Below, one piece after another: positions 17,659 to 28,492 of a DNA stretch of 64,000 nucleotides. The stretch comes from a virus. A program made the translations under genes and the position numbers. Location: the IMG/VR virus record IMGVR_UViG_3300027969_000047; one strand, given 5' to 3'. Each line of letters starts with the position of its first letter. Positions within the stretch are counted from its first letter, which is position 1. The notes beneath the pieces were generated by a model. The model ran no database searches, was not told the origin of the DNA, and worked only from the letters and a program-made list of their open reading frames with translations.

Positions 17659-18630
17659 TTATTTAGGTAAAGTTTTTGAAATTGCACTTGCGTAAGCGGC
17701 CATACGAGCGTCTTTGATAGCAGGTTTTTCTGAACCATCTTCGACTTGCTCATGCATTTGCGATGCATTGGCTTTCTTCATTCCTGAAGGGAAGTAATTT
17801 TCACGAATCGTTTCAAGTTTTTCTTGGTATTCTTCCTCTGTGGAGAATTCTACGCTCTCTGCAAGCGATTTGATTTTTTCAACTTGAGTAGATGTCAATC
17901 CTTCACACACTGTGCGAACAACATCAATCTTTTTAGCTTCGGTCAATTGCTTCTTGTATTCGATACCACGCTGAATTTCTTCGTTCAACTTGTCTTCAAG
18001 GCTTTCAACTTTCGTTGCCAACTCATCAACAAGGTCAACTTTTTCAGCAGGCACATCGATATAATGCTCTGCAAATAGGTTACGCAATCCACCAATAAAG
18101 TCTTCTACCATTTCGGTACGAAGTCCTTTTTCGATGGCTACTTCATTTTGTTTCATCCACTCTTCTACAATGTAGTCGAGATAGTCGTTAACTTTTTCTG
18201 TCAAATCTGTACGAATAGATTCAACCGCTTCTTCAAGCATAGAAGAATATTCGGCTTCGATTTCTTCTTTAATTGTATTGATTCTGTCAGTAACACGAGC
18301 CTCAAAAATTGTAGAAACTTTTGATTTGAATTCTTCAGAGATGTTTTCATCTCCAAAAATTGCATCAATGTCAGCAGACAAGTCTTCAGCAACCATTTCG
18401 CCATCAACTTCAGCTTCTTCCATTTTAGAAGATGCGGCAGATGGTTTTGTAGTCGGCGCTACTGCTTTAGTACCAGTAGCATTTTTTACATTGCTGTCGG
18501 CGTGCTTTTCAGGTGTATCACCACCCAAGTCTTGAATTTCGCCTTCTGGTTTTTTAGGACTGTCAGATGGTGCAGATTTCTTGCTGTTAGCTAGAATTTC
18601 GGCAGCCGCTTCTAAGAGTTGATTAGCCAT
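17659..18630 (-). CDS. gp22: prohead core scaffold protein
   Basis: EEFKSKVSTIFEA, YLDYIVEEWM, LFAEHYID; position upstream of gp23. Confidence 0.93.
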   Translation of the reverse strand: MANQLLEAAAEILANSKKSAPSDSPKKPEGEIQDLGGDTPEKHADSNVKNATGTKAVAPTTKPSAASSKMEEAEVDGEMVAEDLSADIDAIFGDENISEEFKSKVSTIFEARVTDRINTIKEEIEAEYSSMLEEAVESIRTDLTEKVNDYLDYIVEEWMKQNEVAIEKGLRTEMVEDFIGGLRNLFAEHYIDVPAEKVDLVDELATKVESLEDKLNEEIQRGIEYKKQLTEAKKIDVVRTVCEGLTSTQVEKIKSLAESVEFSTEEEYQEKLETIRENYFPSGMKKANASQMHEQVEDGSEKPAIKDARMAAYASAISKTLPK

Positions 18631-18652
18631 TTAAAATCTCCTTATGATTCTT

Positions 18653-18660
18653 TATTTATA
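18653..18660 (-). promoter_or_regulatory. T4-type late promoter for gp22-gp23
   Basis: TATAAATA followed by an AGGAG SD. Confidence 0.8.
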
Positions 18661-18663
18661 AAA

Positions 18664-19317
18664 TTAAAGTTTTCGTAAAAAATTCTCGAATAGTTGTGCG
18701 GCAACCGTTTCGATATCCTTGCGGGATGCTTTCTGAATTGCGGTTTTTGCTCTGTCAATATCGACTTCTTCAAATCGACCTTCAACAAAAACCCATTCTT
18801 TTCCTTCACGAATTCCATGTACAAAAGCGTCTGGCGCTGATGGGTCTGCTACGATATCGGCCGCTGTTGCAAGACGAAAATCATCTTGTACGACATTGAT
18901 ACCATCATTTCTTTTACGCAATGATCCAAGACCACGAGAAGACACGCCTATACCAGCACCTTCATCAATCAGATTTTTGACGATGTTTCCGTAAGGCGTA
19001 TCCATAATTTTTGCTTTTCCGATAAAATTATTACCTTCAGCTTTCAGACTCTTAATCATGTGTGAAACACGCTCAAGATTGATTGTTGGTGTATCAGGAT
19101 GTCCTAACTCACCATACGCACGATTTTGTTCTACATATTCTTTCACATATCTATTCACTTCATTACCGAGAATATCCATAGAGTACTCTCGCATATTTTT
19201 GTTTGGGCGATTTGCTTGCATGAAAACGCCTTCAATATAGTACCCTTTTTTGCCAGTCTTTTCATCGGCTTCAGTCAAGTACTTTACATTCTCAACATAT
19301 TCTTTAATTAGTTTCAT
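18664..19317 (-). CDS. gp21: prohead protease
   Basis: YIEGVFMQA, GELGHP, GVSSRGLGS, DIVADPSAPDA. Confidence 0.97.
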   Translation of the reverse strand: MKLIKEYVENVKYLTEADEKTGKKGYYIEGVFMQANRPNKNMREYSMDILGNEVNRYVKEYVEQNRAYGELGHPDTPTINLERVSHMIKSLKAEGNNFIGKAKIMDTPYGNIVKNLIDEGAGIGVSSRGLGSLRKRNDGINVVQDDFRLATAADIVADPSAPDAFVHGIREGKEWVFVEGRFEEVDIDRAKTAIQKASRKDIETVAAQLFENFLRKL

Positions 19318-19682
19318 AGTAGACCTGTATCAACTGTGTAAGTAGTGCTTTTTGTGAATTGCATAATAAGTGTTCCATCTGTACCTGAGTTTGTTACATA
19401 GATGTTTGATGTTGATCCATTAGCAAGTGCCACATCATATACAGATAATGGTAAATCGTTTGAGCCAAACAGTGAAAGCAATACTGGACCACTTGCATCA
19501 TTACCACGATAGATTACCCACTTACCATCAGTGGCTGTAATCACATGTGTTAGTGATGCTGAGTTAACGGTCTCAAGCGAACTGTTAGCTGAAAGAGCCG
19601 ACAAGTTAATTCGTGTGGCAGTATTACCAGTAACACGAATAATTGAACGACTTCTTAATGAGTTTAAAATTTCATAAGCCAT
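19314..19682 (-). CDS. hypothetical head-cluster protein
   Basis: 122-aa ORF translationally coupled to gp21. Confidence 0.7.
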   Translation of the reverse strand: MAYEILNSLRSRSIIRVTGNTATRINLSALSANSSLETVNSASLTHVITATDGKWVIYRGNDASGPVLLSLFGSNDLPLSVYDVALANGSTSNIYVTNSGTDGTLIMQFTKSTTYTVDTGLL

Positions 19683-19683
19683 T

Positions 19684-20109
19684 TTATTTTAGTCCTATTG
19701 CCTTACGGCGGTTCATTGACATTTTTCTTTTAAGTAATGTTCTACGCAACTTAGAGCGGCCTTTTGACCTCCAAAACTTTTTCAAGTTACGAGACTTCTT
19801 CATTCTTGATACGGCAGAGACACGAACAACTTTGTTACCAGAAATTCTGAAACCTTTAATTGCTGACTTTCTCTTATTCTTTTGAATAACCATCTTACCT
19901 TTTTTATCTCTACGAATACGGCGGCGAATCTTAATGATTCTTCCTACCTTCTGTCTGTTAGGATTAAAAGCCTCTGATAGTTCTTCAAAATAATCTGATG
20001 CAATTGTTCTTTTGAGAGCAATCAATTTGCGCTCAAGCATTTCATCTAGTGACGCAAAGATTCTATCTTTTGCATCTTCAAATCGTTGTCTGATGATATC
20101 GTCAATCAT
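19684..20109 (-). CDS. prohead core protein, gp68-like
   Basis: Very basic C-terminus ending RKRKMSMNRRKAIGL-like; position in head cluster. Confidence 0.7.
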   Translation of the reverse strand: MIDDIIRQRFEDAKDRIFASLDEMLERKLIALKRTIASDYFEELSEAFNPNRQKVGRIIKIRRRIRRDKKGKMVIQKNKRKSAIKGFRISGNKVVRVSAVSRMKKSRNLKKFWRSKGRSKLRRTLLKRKMSMNRRKAIGLK

Positions 20110-20861
20110 TTCATTTGTTTGAATGCAAAAGATGAAGCCTTCATCATACCAGCTTTACTTTTGTTGACTAAATCTTCAATCTTTTTCTTATTGTCATCGT
20201 TCAATGCTTTATGAACAGCCATAATTGCTGATGCAGTAAACCCATCAACTGTTGCACTTGAGCCATCATCAAATTTTACTTTTTGATGTTGCTTATCATC
20301 AACAATCTTTTTCAATGCATCAAATGCACTTTCGTAAATGACTTCTTCAGTGGCAATTGCTTGCATACCTGCCATCTGTGCAGTGCTATCAAATTTATTA
20401 GTCTCATCTGGTGTTGAATAAGGCACACTGAAGTAACGACCAATCTTGTCATTGAAGTAAAGTGCAACTCTTGTTCTATTTGGGAAAACACGAATAGCTT
20501 TTCTTTTCAATACCAAGACTGGAGGTGGGTCAACTGGTCTTGCATATGCCTCATCAATAGATTCGGTACTGATTGAGTTTTCAATTTCTTCTTCTTCTTT
20601 AACCGCTTTACGAGCCAAAGAGAAAACTTGTTTGTTATTCGAAAGAACATCAACCATACGGTTAAAGATATTCACAACAATAGCACGGTCAGCACTACTG
20701 AATTGTGGATTTGGTTCTTGCATCTTATCAAGAATTTTATGGATTCTTTGTAACTGTGCCTTATTGGCAAGTCCTGCACGAACCAGTGTGTCGAATTTGG
20801 AGTAGTCAGACTTCTCCTCTTCAACAACAATATCTTCACGAATGTTCTTTAAGAATTTCAT
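20106..20861 (-). CDS. hypothetical, probable internal head protein
   Basis: Lies between gp67- and gp68-like genes; several hydrophobic-X-Glu segments. Confidence 0.6.
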   Translation of the reverse strand: MKFLKNIREDIVVEEEKSDYSKFDTLVRAGLANKAQLQRIHKILDKMQEPNPQFSSADRAIVVNIFNRMVDVLSNNKQVFSLARKAVKEEEEIENSISTESIDEAYARPVDPPPVLVLKRKAIRVFPNRTRVALYFNDKIGRYFSVPYSTPDETNKFDSTAQMAGMQAIATEEVIYESAFDALKKIVDDKQHQKVKFDDGSSATVDGFTASAIMAVHKALNDDNKKKIEDLVNKSKAGMMKASSFAFKQMK

Positions 20862-21040
20862 TCTGTTTCTGTTTCTGTGTCAAACATGGTTGATGCAATA
20901 TCTTGCTTACGAGCATCTAGTGCCGCAATTATTCTTTGCGATAACATATCTTCAATTACTTCTCTTGCTTCTACTTTATCGTCTTGACCGATTAAGTCTA
21001 AAAATTGTCTTGTTTGTTCATTAGCCACGATGTTCTCCAA
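20858..21040 (-). CDS. prohead core protein, gp67-like
   Basis: Small acidic protein immediately after portal (ALDARKQDIASTMF). Confidence 0.65.
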   Translation of the reverse strand: MENIVANEQTRQFLDLIGQDDKVEAREVIEDMLSQRIIAALDARKQDIASTMFDTETETE

Positions 21041-21043
21041 TAA

Positions 21044-22771
21044 TTATTTCTTTGATTTATTTATACCACCTGATAACTTATCTACAGTAGAATCAAGCAT
21101 AGGAGTCATAGATTCTCCATTTGATTCAGTAGAGTTATCAGCAGTATTATCTACACCAGTCAAATCACCCAACTCAGTTCCTTCACCTGGAACTGGCGCT
21201 GGTTGTTCTTGTCCTGGTGGTACAGGTTGACCATTAGGTCCTGATGGTTGTGCTAAGTCAGGAAATAGCTTTTGCTCTTCCTCAATTTGTTTTTGCATCT
21301 CTTCAATCTCATCATCAGATTGTTGAAGAACATTTTTCTTAACCCACTCTAATGAGAAGTACTTACCAATGTATGGGTCAACTGTAGCAACTAAATTTAA
21401 TCTTTCACGCAACAACTCTGCTTCACGCATCTCAGCAAAGTTATTGTCTTTCTTAAAATCATACCAAATAGATTCTTTGATTTCATCCCACTCTTCAGTG
21501 GTGCAGATACCTTTAAGAGATAATTGTACCTTTAAAGCACCATCAAATAACTGACAGAATTTATTACGAAGACGATTTACAAATTTGGCAAACTTAACTT
21601 CATCTCTTGTGACTTCAGTAACACGACCAAGACCAACCATACCTCCAGGTTGTGTATCAAGTCTACCAACTGGCACATTCAATGACTGATATAATTTTCT
21701 TTGAAAGTACTGAACATCTTGCAACTCACCAAGGTTCTGTCCTGCTGGTAATGTTGTAATCTCTGTACCTTTACCACCTTCACGGCGAGGCAACCAAAAA
21801 TCTTCAAGCATCGAAAGATGTTTGCGCTCATCTTTAATCTCACCAGTGTTTGCATCATAAACAAGTTTGTTACGATACTTGACCATGATATCACGAAGAT
21901 ATTGTTCTGCTTTTAATTTTGGTAAGTTACCAACATCGATATAGAACACTCGGCGCTCAGGTGCTCTTGACAATCTGTAAATGACAATAGCATCTTCAGT
22001 CATTCTCAATTGATTCAGTGGTTTGATTGCTTTATGCAAGTAACCAAGAACCATTGTGTTCTTGGCATCCATTAAACCTGAGTTTACATTAATGATTGAG
22101 TCTGGTGCAATACGAATACCAGATGCGCCTGCTGTAGCATTTGCTGTATATCCTTGAGTGGTCATGCCTCTATCATTATAGACATAGTACTCAGTGACAG
22201 ATGTAATTAATTCAGCACCCGTTCTTGGGTCTTTACCTTTTTGAATCTCACGAACTTTTCTAATTTTTCGTGGGTCAATAAATCTTAATTCTTGTATGCC
22301 TTGTTTAGGCTGTTTTTCGTTGACAATAATATGATAGTTAAGTCTACCATCAATATACCAACGGCGATAAATCTCATCTCCAAGATTCGAGAAGTTCAAC
22401 ATGCGTTTAACATTTTGAAACTCTTCTCTAATTTTCTTTTTGATAGATTCAGGCTGTTTCAATTTGTCCATATTGATATCAACGATTTCACCATCGTCAG
22501 TGTCAATAGTAATTGATTCAGTAATAATTTCATCGATGGCCGCTTCACATTCTGCATGAAGAGACATCTCACGATATCGTGTAATTAATTCAAGTTCATT
22601 GCGAACTGAACCTTCGAGGTCCACATAGGTGCCATAATACGCACCAGACTGAACGGTTATAGCGCCGTCTTCAACAGCGGCTTGCGGCATAACGAAAGAA
22701 GACTGCTCAGGTTTTTCGACCTGAGTTACTTCTTTCTTGCCTAGATTGAAACCAAAAAGTTTGATAGCCAT
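21044..22771 (-). CDS. gp20: portal vertex protein
   Basis: RRWYIDGR, RAPERRVFYIDVGNLPK, EDFWLPRREGGKGTEITTLP. Confidence 0.98.
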   Translation of the reverse strand: MAIKLFGFNLGKKEVTQVEKPEQSSFVMPQAAVEDGAITVQSGAYYGTYVDLEGSVRNELELITRYREMSLHAECEAAIDEIITESITIDTDDGEIVDINMDKLKQPESIKKKIREEFQNVKRMLNFSNLGDEIYRRWYIDGRLNYHIIVNEKQPKQGIQELRFIDPRKIRKVREIQKGKDPRTGAELITSVTEYYVYNDRGMTTQGYTANATAGASGIRIAPDSIINVNSGLMDAKNTMVLGYLHKAIKPLNQLRMTEDAIVIYRLSRAPERRVFYIDVGNLPKLKAEQYLRDIMVKYRNKLVYDANTGEIKDERKHLSMLEDFWLPRREGGKGTEITTLPAGQNLGELQDVQYFQRKLYQSLNVPVGRLDTQPGGMVGLGRVTEVTRDEVKFAKFVNRLRNKFCQLFDGALKVQLSLKGICTTEEWDEIKESIWYDFKKDNNFAEMREAELLRERLNLVATVDPYIGKYFSLEWVKKNVLQQSDDEIEEMQKQIEEEQKLFPDLAQPSGPNGQPVPPGQEQPAPVPGEGTELGDLTGVDNTADNSTESNGESMTPMLDSTVDKLSGGINKSKK

Positions 22772-22789
22772 ATCACTCCATTATATAAT

Positions 22790-22818
22790 AAAAAGTAAGG
22801 GAGGGGAAATCCCTCCCT
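22790..22818 (-). terminator. probable terminator after gp19
   Basis: AGGGAGGG-N5-CCCTCCCT followed by a T-rich tract on the minus strand. Confidence 0.7.
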
Positions 22819-22822
22819 ATAC

Positions 22823-23368
22823 TTAGTTGATGCCGATTTCGGCGGCTTCCCAATATTGATACGCCATAGATACTGTAAACTCTTCAATTGTATCGTTTGA
22901 TCCCCAATCGACATCGATTTGACTGACATCAGTTGGAAACATTCCGACAAACTTGTATGATTTAATTTCATTTCCTGTTTTACCATACTGTCTTACAACA
23001 GCATCTACACCATAAGATGTAGAAGAGGAAGCGATATTATTTCTCAAGTTAGTAGAGTGTGAATTCAACGCCGCCATCCAACGCTCGAAAGCATTACGGA
23101 TAACGAAGTCTTCATCATTGATAATTGTGATTGTCCAATCAGCAAATGTTCTGTTACCCGCTACTTTAATCTCACGACCAAAATATTGGATAGGCACAGC
23201 ATTAACTGTAGAACCTGGCAAGCCAGCAGTCTTACAAAAGAATGTAAGTTTTTGTGAAGCATTTCCGGGATTAGAGAAAAGAGGGAACTGCATCTCAACT
23301 TGGAATAAGTTAGGACGAGCGCCATCTCCTTGCATCTGAGAGCGGAATTCATAGACATTAAAAGCCAT
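22823..23368 (-). CDS. gp19: tail tube protein
   Basis: GARPNLF, AGNRTFADWTITIINDEDF, IEEFTV..YQYW. Confidence 0.96.
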   Translation of the reverse strand: MAFNVYEFRSQMQGDGARPNLFQVEMQFPLFSNPGNASQKLTFFCKTAGLPGSTVNAVPIQYFGREIKVAGNRTFADWTITIINDEDFVIRNAFERWMAALNSHSTNLRNNIASSSTSYGVDAVVRQYGKTGNEIKSYKFVGMFPTDVSQIDVDWGSNDTIEEFTVSMAYQYWEAAEIGIN

Positions 23369-23395
23369 TTAATTTTCTCCTGTTCTCTTTATTTA

Positions 23396-25288
23396 TTAGA
23401 ATTTACCAACAACTTCATCGAATGCAACACCAGTTCTAACTGCAACGAAGTTCAGTTGAATGAAATTGATTGAACGAGCAGGTTTGATATAAATGTCACC
23501 AATAAATTCATTACGGTCAATTACTTCACCAGTGTTATTTGTCTCATCGCAAACAACACGATAATCGTAAATACCACGGCGACCTCTTACATCACGCAAG
23601 AATGGTTCGACTAGTGCTACGAATTGGGCACGAGTAAATTCGTCATTAAATTCAAACAATGAAAACTTGGCTGCTTTTGCAATTGCTTTTTCAAGAACAA
23701 TAAACAAACGGCGAACATTGATTCTGTCGAATGCAGATGGTTTAGCTAACATTGTCTTATCACCGAAAAGGATTGTACCTTCACCAGGGAATGTAACGAC
23801 AGGGTTAATACCAATCTTGTACAACTCATCACGCTCTGCTTTGGTTGGATTGAAAGAAAGTTTAATAACATTCTTAATTTGACCACGATTGAAACCAGCT
23901 GGTGAGAACCATGGGTCACGCTCAGTGTCTGTTCTTACACACAATCCTGCTGTGTCACCGTTCATAGGAACATAACGGTATACATCGTTGTATTTGTCGT
24001 ATTGATATTTCCATGCTGAGTCTATGACTGCGTATGAAGATGATGTTAACAAATTACGGAATGTAGTAATGTTTGCTCTTTCGCTACCTGCTTGGTCAAC
24101 AACATCAGTGCGGCGTGGTGATAAGAATACTAAGCAGTCTTTACGAGACTCAATAGTACTAATCAAGTCTGTTGCAACAGTTTGGGAAGTAGCACCACCT
24201 AAAACCAATGAAATGTCAACAATTTCTGGGTCTGCAAAAAAATCATAACCTCTGATAAGGTCATCATCACCAGGAGTTTCATATAAACCACCAGCTAGAG
24301 ATGAACTCACTGGAGTATTAATGTTAGTATAAGTTATACCTAGTGCGGCTGAACCCCAATTGGTACCACCTGAAGTGTGGTCACCCCAATAAATGTATTT
24401 GGATTTATTGAAAAGAACACGAGGATAGTAGCTTGATGAACCGCTATCGCTCTTAGCATCAGATGCTTTAGAAAGATATGCATATTTTTCAAGAACTGTG
24501 TTTGCTGAACCTGTTAGTTGACCGTCTTCATCGATAACGATAATGTGCATTTCATCTTTACTACCACCTTTATCAGCGACAAAAGTAGAAGTTCCTGGTG
24601 CACCATCAAAGTTATCAGCATATTGCCACTTACGAAGAACTGATGCTCCAGCAGAAACTGCTGTTGTCAATGCTGTTGCGAGTGTAACAACTGTTGTAGA
24701 AATTTGAGCAACACGGATATATGTTGTACCGCCATCTACAGAGATGAAGTCGTTGTTTGCAATCCATGTGGCACCGCTTGAACTAAGGTTAATAGTTGTG
24801 TTACCAACGATAGATGCGTTTGATGTGATAGATGCTAGTGAGGTCAAGTTTCCAGAAAATGCATTTGCACTTGGGCAAATAGAAATTCTCAATGAATCAC
24901 CTAAAGGGCCAGCATATCTAGCGGCGAAATCGCCGAATGTGCCTTGTCCGTTAAAATAGTTCTCTTCGTATTTTTCTTCATTCTTAATATAAATTCCATT
25001 CCCGCCTGTTGTAGCGTTGTTTGAATTTGTATTAGCGGCACGAACAATACGAAGATTGTTTCCATACGCCAAAAAGTTGGCAGCCGTAAAAAATGATGTG
25101 GCAGTATTTGCATCCGGTTTACCGAAGATTTCAACGAGTTTTACTTCGCTGTCAACAAGAATCCTAGTGTCAATAGGTCCCCATTGAAATGCTCCAGAAA
25201 ACGCACCTTGAGTTGTCCCAACAGCAGGAACTACTGTTGTTAAGTCAATCTCTGATACATTTACGCCTGGACTTAGTTGAAAGGCCAT
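23396..25288 (-). CDS. gp18: tail sheath protein
   Basis: SPGVNVSEIDLT, PWFSPAGFNRG, FDRINVRRLF, KPARSINFI. Confidence 0.98.
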   Translation of the reverse strand: MAFQLSPGVNVSEIDLTTVVPAVGTTQGAFSGAFQWGPIDTRILVDSEVKLVEIFGKPDANTATSFFTAANFLAYGNNLRIVRAANTNSNNATTGGNGIYIKNEEKYEENYFNGQGTFGDFAARYAGPLGDSLRISICPSANAFSGNLTSLASITSNASIVGNTTINLSSSGATWIANNDFISVDGGTTYIRVAQISTTVVTLATALTTAVSAGASVLRKWQYADNFDGAPGTSTFVADKGGSKDEMHIIVIDEDGQLTGSANTVLEKYAYLSKASDAKSDSGSSSYYPRVLFNKSKYIYWGDHTSGGTNWGSAALGITYTNINTPVSSSLAGGLYETPGDDDLIRGYDFFADPEIVDISLVLGGATSQTVATDLISTIESRKDCLVFLSPRRTDVVDQAGSERANITTFRNLLTSSSYAVIDSAWKYQYDKYNDVYRYVPMNGDTAGLCVRTDTERDPWFSPAGFNRGQIKNVIKLSFNPTKAERDELYKIGINPVVTFPGEGTILFGDKTMLAKPSAFDRINVRRLFIVLEKAIAKAAKFSLFEFNDEFTRAQFVALVEPFLRDVRGRRGIYDYRVVCDETNNTGEVIDRNEFIGDIYIKPARSINFIQLNFVAVRTGVAFDEVVGKF

Positions 25289-25339
25289 GTTTTGTCTCCT
25301 TTAAAATTCTTAGTCTGGCTTAAAATTCCAATTACTGTT

Positions 25340-25347
25340 TATTTATA
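25340..25347 (-). promoter_or_regulatory. T4-type late promoter for gp18-gp19
   Basis: TATAAATA. Confidence 0.75.
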
Positions 25348-25350
25348 GTT

Positions 25351-27036
25351 TTATAAATTTGAGGAAAGATAGCGACTTTTTACGCTAGTCCATAAATCAC
25401 CATCCTCAACTCTCATCTCTTCATAATCATTTACACCCTGATATCCATCTATGATACCAAAAGGTGTCATTGAGTCTTCAATTAGGGAGTTTTGCTCTTC
25501 TAGAATGTGCTGTCTAATGTCTGTATTTGTAGTTTCTTTGAAAAATTTCTGTGCAACTAGCCAAGCAAAAAGCACCAGCGTCATTGCTAAGTCATCATTG
25601 TTACCTTCTTCAGCGGCATAACTATCTTTAACACGCACAAATGTGTTAAGTTCTGCAATGGTATCAAAGTCATAAATCAAAAATTTATTGTTCTCAACAA
25701 TTGCTTTTAAGTTAGCACATCCAATCTTCTTAACTGCTGATGTTGTTCTCAATCCAAAAGAGACTGATTTTTTATATCCAGCAGAAATTGACTGACCTTT
25801 GATAGAGTGATGTTCTAACTTGAAGATATTTTCATACTCTAAATCATTATGTAGTATATCCACAACTTGCTGTCCGTTGTCATTGATTTCAACAAGCACA
25901 AATGCTTCATTGTAATACTTTGCTACCCTATAAATTAATGTAGGAAATGTCAACGGTGAAATGGTATTGCTTCTATATTTGGCAACTTGTCTGTAAGGAA
26001 CAGTAGTTACATCGACAACTGAGAATGCTGAATAATCTAAACCTAAACCTCTCGAAACATCGACTGTCATTGTATACATGTTTTTAGGTTTCATTTTTTC
26101 AGTGACTTCATCAATGCATTCACCAATCGGTCTTTCGTATATTGATAGACCATTCTCTTCTTCAAGAGGATTCTTGAATGCTAACTCACGAAGTTTTATA
26201 CCAGAGATTAATGTTGCCGAAGAACCAATGAATTCTGTCTCAAACTCTTGTCTAAATTGTTCTTCAGAAGTGTTTCGTATTGTCTCTTCTTTCCAAGCAT
26301 CATCACGACCCGGAACCATTGACCAATGAACTTCAAGTGGTTTGTATGTTGAACGACCTTCTGTCGCATCGACCCACATCTTATAGAATTGATTCAGACC
26401 ATTAGGTGTCGATACAATAATAACCTTTGTTGTTTTACCTGATGAAATAACTGGATATGTCGATGTGAAGAAGTCTTGTGCCATGTTGTGTTGAACGAAG
26501 GCAAACTCATCTAGAAAAACTAGATTGTAAGTACCACCACGAACACCAGATGCAGAAGTAGCGTATGCCCAAATAACAGAACCATTTTCAAGTTCAATGT
26601 TACCTTTGTTCCAAACTTTGATACCTTGTTGCAACCATAGAGGCAAATATTCATATGCGTATTGAAGTCGACCTAAAATCTCACGAGCCAATGCGCCTTT
26701 GTTTGCAAGAATTGCAATCTTATAATCAATGTTGAATAGTACAGTCCAAAGCATATAACCAACTGTCGTGGTTGTCTTACCAACCTGACGAGGCATCTTT
26801 GCAATACAGAAACGATTGTTGTGAAATGTATCAACCATCTCTTCTTGAAATGGCCACATGTCGAATGGGACAAGACCTTTGTCCACATTGACAATCTTCA
26901 CATATGTTTTGATGAAGTAAATTGGGTCCTCAGAACACTTTACAATCTCTGCAACTTGTTCTTCAGTGTAGGATATCTCTACACCTAATCTTTTTAGACT
27001 CGCATTACCATTATACCCACCACCATTATCACTCAT
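25351..27036 (-). CDS. gp17: terminase large subunit
   Basis: PRQVGKTT, FLDEFAFV, STPNG, DVSRG..DYSA, DDLAM. Confidence 0.97.
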   Translation of the reverse strand: MSDNGGGYNGNASLKRLGVEISYTEEQVAEIVKCSEDPIYFIKTYVKIVNVDKGLVPFDMWPFQEEMVDTFHNNRFCIAKMPRQVGKTTTTVGYMLWTVLFNIDYKIAILANKGALAREILGRLQYAYEYLPLWLQQGIKVWNKGNIELENGSVIWAYATSASGVRGGTYNLVFLDEFAFVQHNMAQDFFTSTYPVISSGKTTKVIIVSTPNGLNQFYKMWVDATEGRSTYKPLEVHWSMVPGRDDAWKEETIRNTSEEQFRQEFETEFIGSSATLISGIKLRELAFKNPLEEENGLSIYERPIGECIDEVTEKMKPKNMYTMTVDVSRGLGLDYSAFSVVDVTTVPYRQVAKYRSNTISPLTFPTLIYRVAKYYNEAFVLVEINDNGQQVVDILHNDLEYENIFKLEHHSIKGQSISAGYKKSVSFGLRTTSAVKKIGCANLKAIVENNKFLIYDFDTIAELNTFVRVKDSYAAEEGNNDDLAMTLVLFAWLVAQKFFKETTNTDIRQHILEEQNSLIEDSMTPFGIIDGYQGVNDYEEMRVEDGDLWTSVKSRYLSSNL

Positions 27037-27446
27037 TTATTATTCTTCAAAAACTTTACTAGTTCTGTTGTTGAGCCAACAAAAACTGCTTTATCAACAT
27101 TTACATTACCGCTTTGTTTTTTATCGTCAGACCCTTGTAAATCTTTCTTGCGCTTTTGCAATTCAAGCAAGTCTTTATTCAAGTCAGATAAATTTTTGAT
27201 GAATGTTGCGGCAACTTCATATGCTCTTGGTTGTTCAGATTCGTTTGCTACCAACAAAAGATTATCAAAGGCAACACCGCCTTTGTTGATTAATTTTTTG
27301 ATATTCTGTCTGGCAAACTCAACATCATCTTCAATAGTTGAATCTTTTATTTCGACAACGGCAGTCTCTTTGACCTCAATTACATTTGTTGGTGTTATTG
27401 GGTCTATGTCGAATATGTCTGATAAGTTTTTATCTATGCTTTTCAT
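27033..27446 (-). CDS. gp16: terminase small subunit
   Basis: SEQPRAYEV and AVFVGSTTEL motifs. Confidence 0.92.
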   Translation of the reverse strand: MKSIDKNLSDIFDIDPITPTNVIEVKETAVVEIKDSTIEDDVEFARQNIKKLINKGGVAFDNLLLVANESEQPRAYEVAATFIKNLSDLNKDLLELQKRKKDLQGSDDKKQSGNVNVDKAVFVGSTTELVKFLKNNK

Positions 27447-28492
27447 AATGTATCAGGATATTCTTTTGACTGAATGGTATAGCCAAAATCATCATTTGTG
27501 TCAGCAGTCACAGGGCTTTGAGTAATCTTTGTGTTTGCTATCAATAATGGTGTAGTCTCTACAGTAGAAACGACATATCTTGCATGTGAATCTGCACCAA
27601 TAACAATATCGTTTGCAGACAATACGCCAGTCATCGAAGTTGCAATCAGAGTGTTTGAATTTGGTCTCCAGTACAATACTGTGCCAAGAACATCTCTTCT
27701 GTTTTCAACATTGATAGTCTCACCTTCAAGATATGTTCCGTTTCCTGTGTTTGCAGTATTCTGCATAACTACAGTCTGAATTGCTTTGTTATTGGTATCG
27801 TAGAACAAGTTTGTTGTAGAACCACCAGTGATAATGTTTGCGCCGTTTGCAACAATACCACTATCGATACCAATAATGATAGCACTGTTAGCAACAGGAC
27901 CAAACAGATATCCTTTGACAGTGAATGTCAAATCCCATGTAATGATTCTTTGTGAATCTAAACCACCTTCATATTCTATGTTCTGTGAAACACTATTGAG
28001 AACAATAGGAATGTCTTTGATGATATTCAGTGATGGAACTAGATTAGCAGTGACTGTATAGTCTGGAACAAAATATGGTAGAATTTGTTCAACAAGTTGT
28101 GTACCATCTTCAATGTTGCGAACAAAAACACTCAGTGTGAAATCAAAGTTATATGGTGCACCAACATACTGAGACTTGACTGTTCTTTTGACTGTTGTGT
28201 CAGCGGCTGCAATCTTAATAGCCGATTGTTGCTTACGGCTAGAATCATATGAAATGTTTGTCATTTCAAAATTAAGTCTAGGTAAACTTATAGCGACAGA
28301 CTTTGTTAGAGTAGGGTCTTGCTGTAATCTTGTAATGAATTTTTCTTTGGCACCATATGCAAGAGGCACTTTAATAACTTCTCTTGCAGTGCCATCATTA
28401 GCATATCTTTTGATAGACAAATTATTAAACATCGTACCAAAAATTACGACATATTTTCGAAAGCTACGATTGTAAAAATGAGTACCAAACAT
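27443..28492 (-). CDS. gp15: tail sheath stabiliser / terminator with an inserted C-terminal domain
   Basis: FGTMFNN, KVPLAYG.KEKF, EQILPYF.P, FTVKGYLFGP. Confidence 0.93.
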   Translation of the reverse strand: MFGTHFYNRSFRKYVVIFGTMFNNLSIKRYANDGTAREVIKVPLAYGAKEKFITRLQQDPTLTKSVAISLPRLNFEMTNISYDSSRKQQSAIKIAAADTTVKRTVKSQYVGAPYNFDFTLSVFVRNIEDGTQLVEQILPYFVPDYTVTANLVPSLNIIKDIPIVLNSVSQNIEYEGGLDSQRIITWDLTFTVKGYLFGPVANSAIIIGIDSGIVANGANIITGGSTTNLFYDTNNKAIQTVVMQNTANTGNGTYLEGETINVENRRDVLGTVLYWRPNSNTLIATSMTGVLSANDIVIGADSHARYVVSTVETTPLLIANTKITQSPVTADTNDDFGYTIQSKEYPDTL

